The translations under genes and the position numbers were made by a program. The notes below the pieces were generated by a model. It searched no databases. It saw only the letters and a program-made list of their open reading frames with translations, and was not told the DNA's origin. This document shows positions 63,145 to 64,000 of a DNA stretch of 64,000 bases, one piece after another (position 1 is the first letter of the stretch; every line of letters begins with the position of its first letter). The DNA is from Eledone cirrhosa (Eukaryota), in the NCBI GenBank assembly GCA_964016885.1, contig OZ024745.1, positions 113,832,001-113,896,000 on the forward strand. The letters are read 5' to 3'.

Positions 63145-63766
63145 TAGATAGTGAGATAGATAGTTTGATAAAAAGAGACTGAGTGATTAATGAATCTGTC
63201 TGCTTGAATCCAAGATATCAAAATTCAATAGACCTTACGATTTTGAAGGAGTAATGTGTGATTTTAGTGGAAAATTCACTACTTTAATAGGTTTCACATG
63301 GAGCCTTCATTTGTTGTCTTTTATTCCGAGTTATCCACATGTGAAATATATTTCATGAAAACAATTAACAATTGAAATGGACAATATCAATAAAAACGAA
63401 TAGTTTTAGTAACGATAGGGTGCTTAGATTAAGGAGGTTTTGACTGCTATTTCTAGTAATTCGCATGTGTCGTTTTCCTCGCATTTCTCTGCCCGTCAAC
63501 CTGTTCATTCCTAGCTTCCTGTCATTCATTGACTTCCTGCCTCTCACTCGTTCCTTCATTCTTTCCACCCCCACTTCTCTCTCTCCCTCTCCCTCTCGTG
63601 ATTGTACATATTGCTTCCATGCGCTTACTCTCGGTTATTTTACTTAGGGGTCCATTAAACTATCTATCTATCGCCCTTAATAAGCCTAAAGGTTACGAAC
63701 GGCTTTTGGTGGAAATGATGGACATGCGCTAAACAAACCGCAGGAAGTCGTCACAGACGTATATGA

Positions 63767-63971
<205 letters not shown>

Positions 63972-64000
63972 ATACACACACGCACACACATATATATGTA

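Overview
AT-rich, repeat-saturated animal DNA. The microsatellite load and SINE family suggest a coleoid cephalopod such as Octopus (inference, not checked). No intact host CDS can be supported: nearly all six-frame ORFs are (TA)n/(CA)n/(GA)n translation artefacts. Conventional content: about 17 copies of a tRNA-derived SINE; fragments of RTE, R4/Dong-type (RLE) and L1/Tx1-type LINEs; a non-autonomous Helitron; mariner- and piggyBac-type MITEs; a 4-kb minisatellite; and a possible first exon near 57.0 kb. The main signal is more than 25 short (100-450 bp) ORF-less elements from several unrelated sequence families, almost all inside (TA)n tracts. Many are asymmetric fold-backs (a short arm and a long arm, both 3' ends facing outward) and carry type I hammerhead ribozyme (HHR) cores with palindromic helix III loops. 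Most share a GAGT(G/A)C motif in the long-arm tail. In families A, C and D the fold-back point lies within a ribozyme helix. They most resemble terminal-repeat (pLTR) relics of Penelope-like retroelements (PLEs) targeting TA microsatellites. Coordinates were counted by eye and may be off by a few bases.
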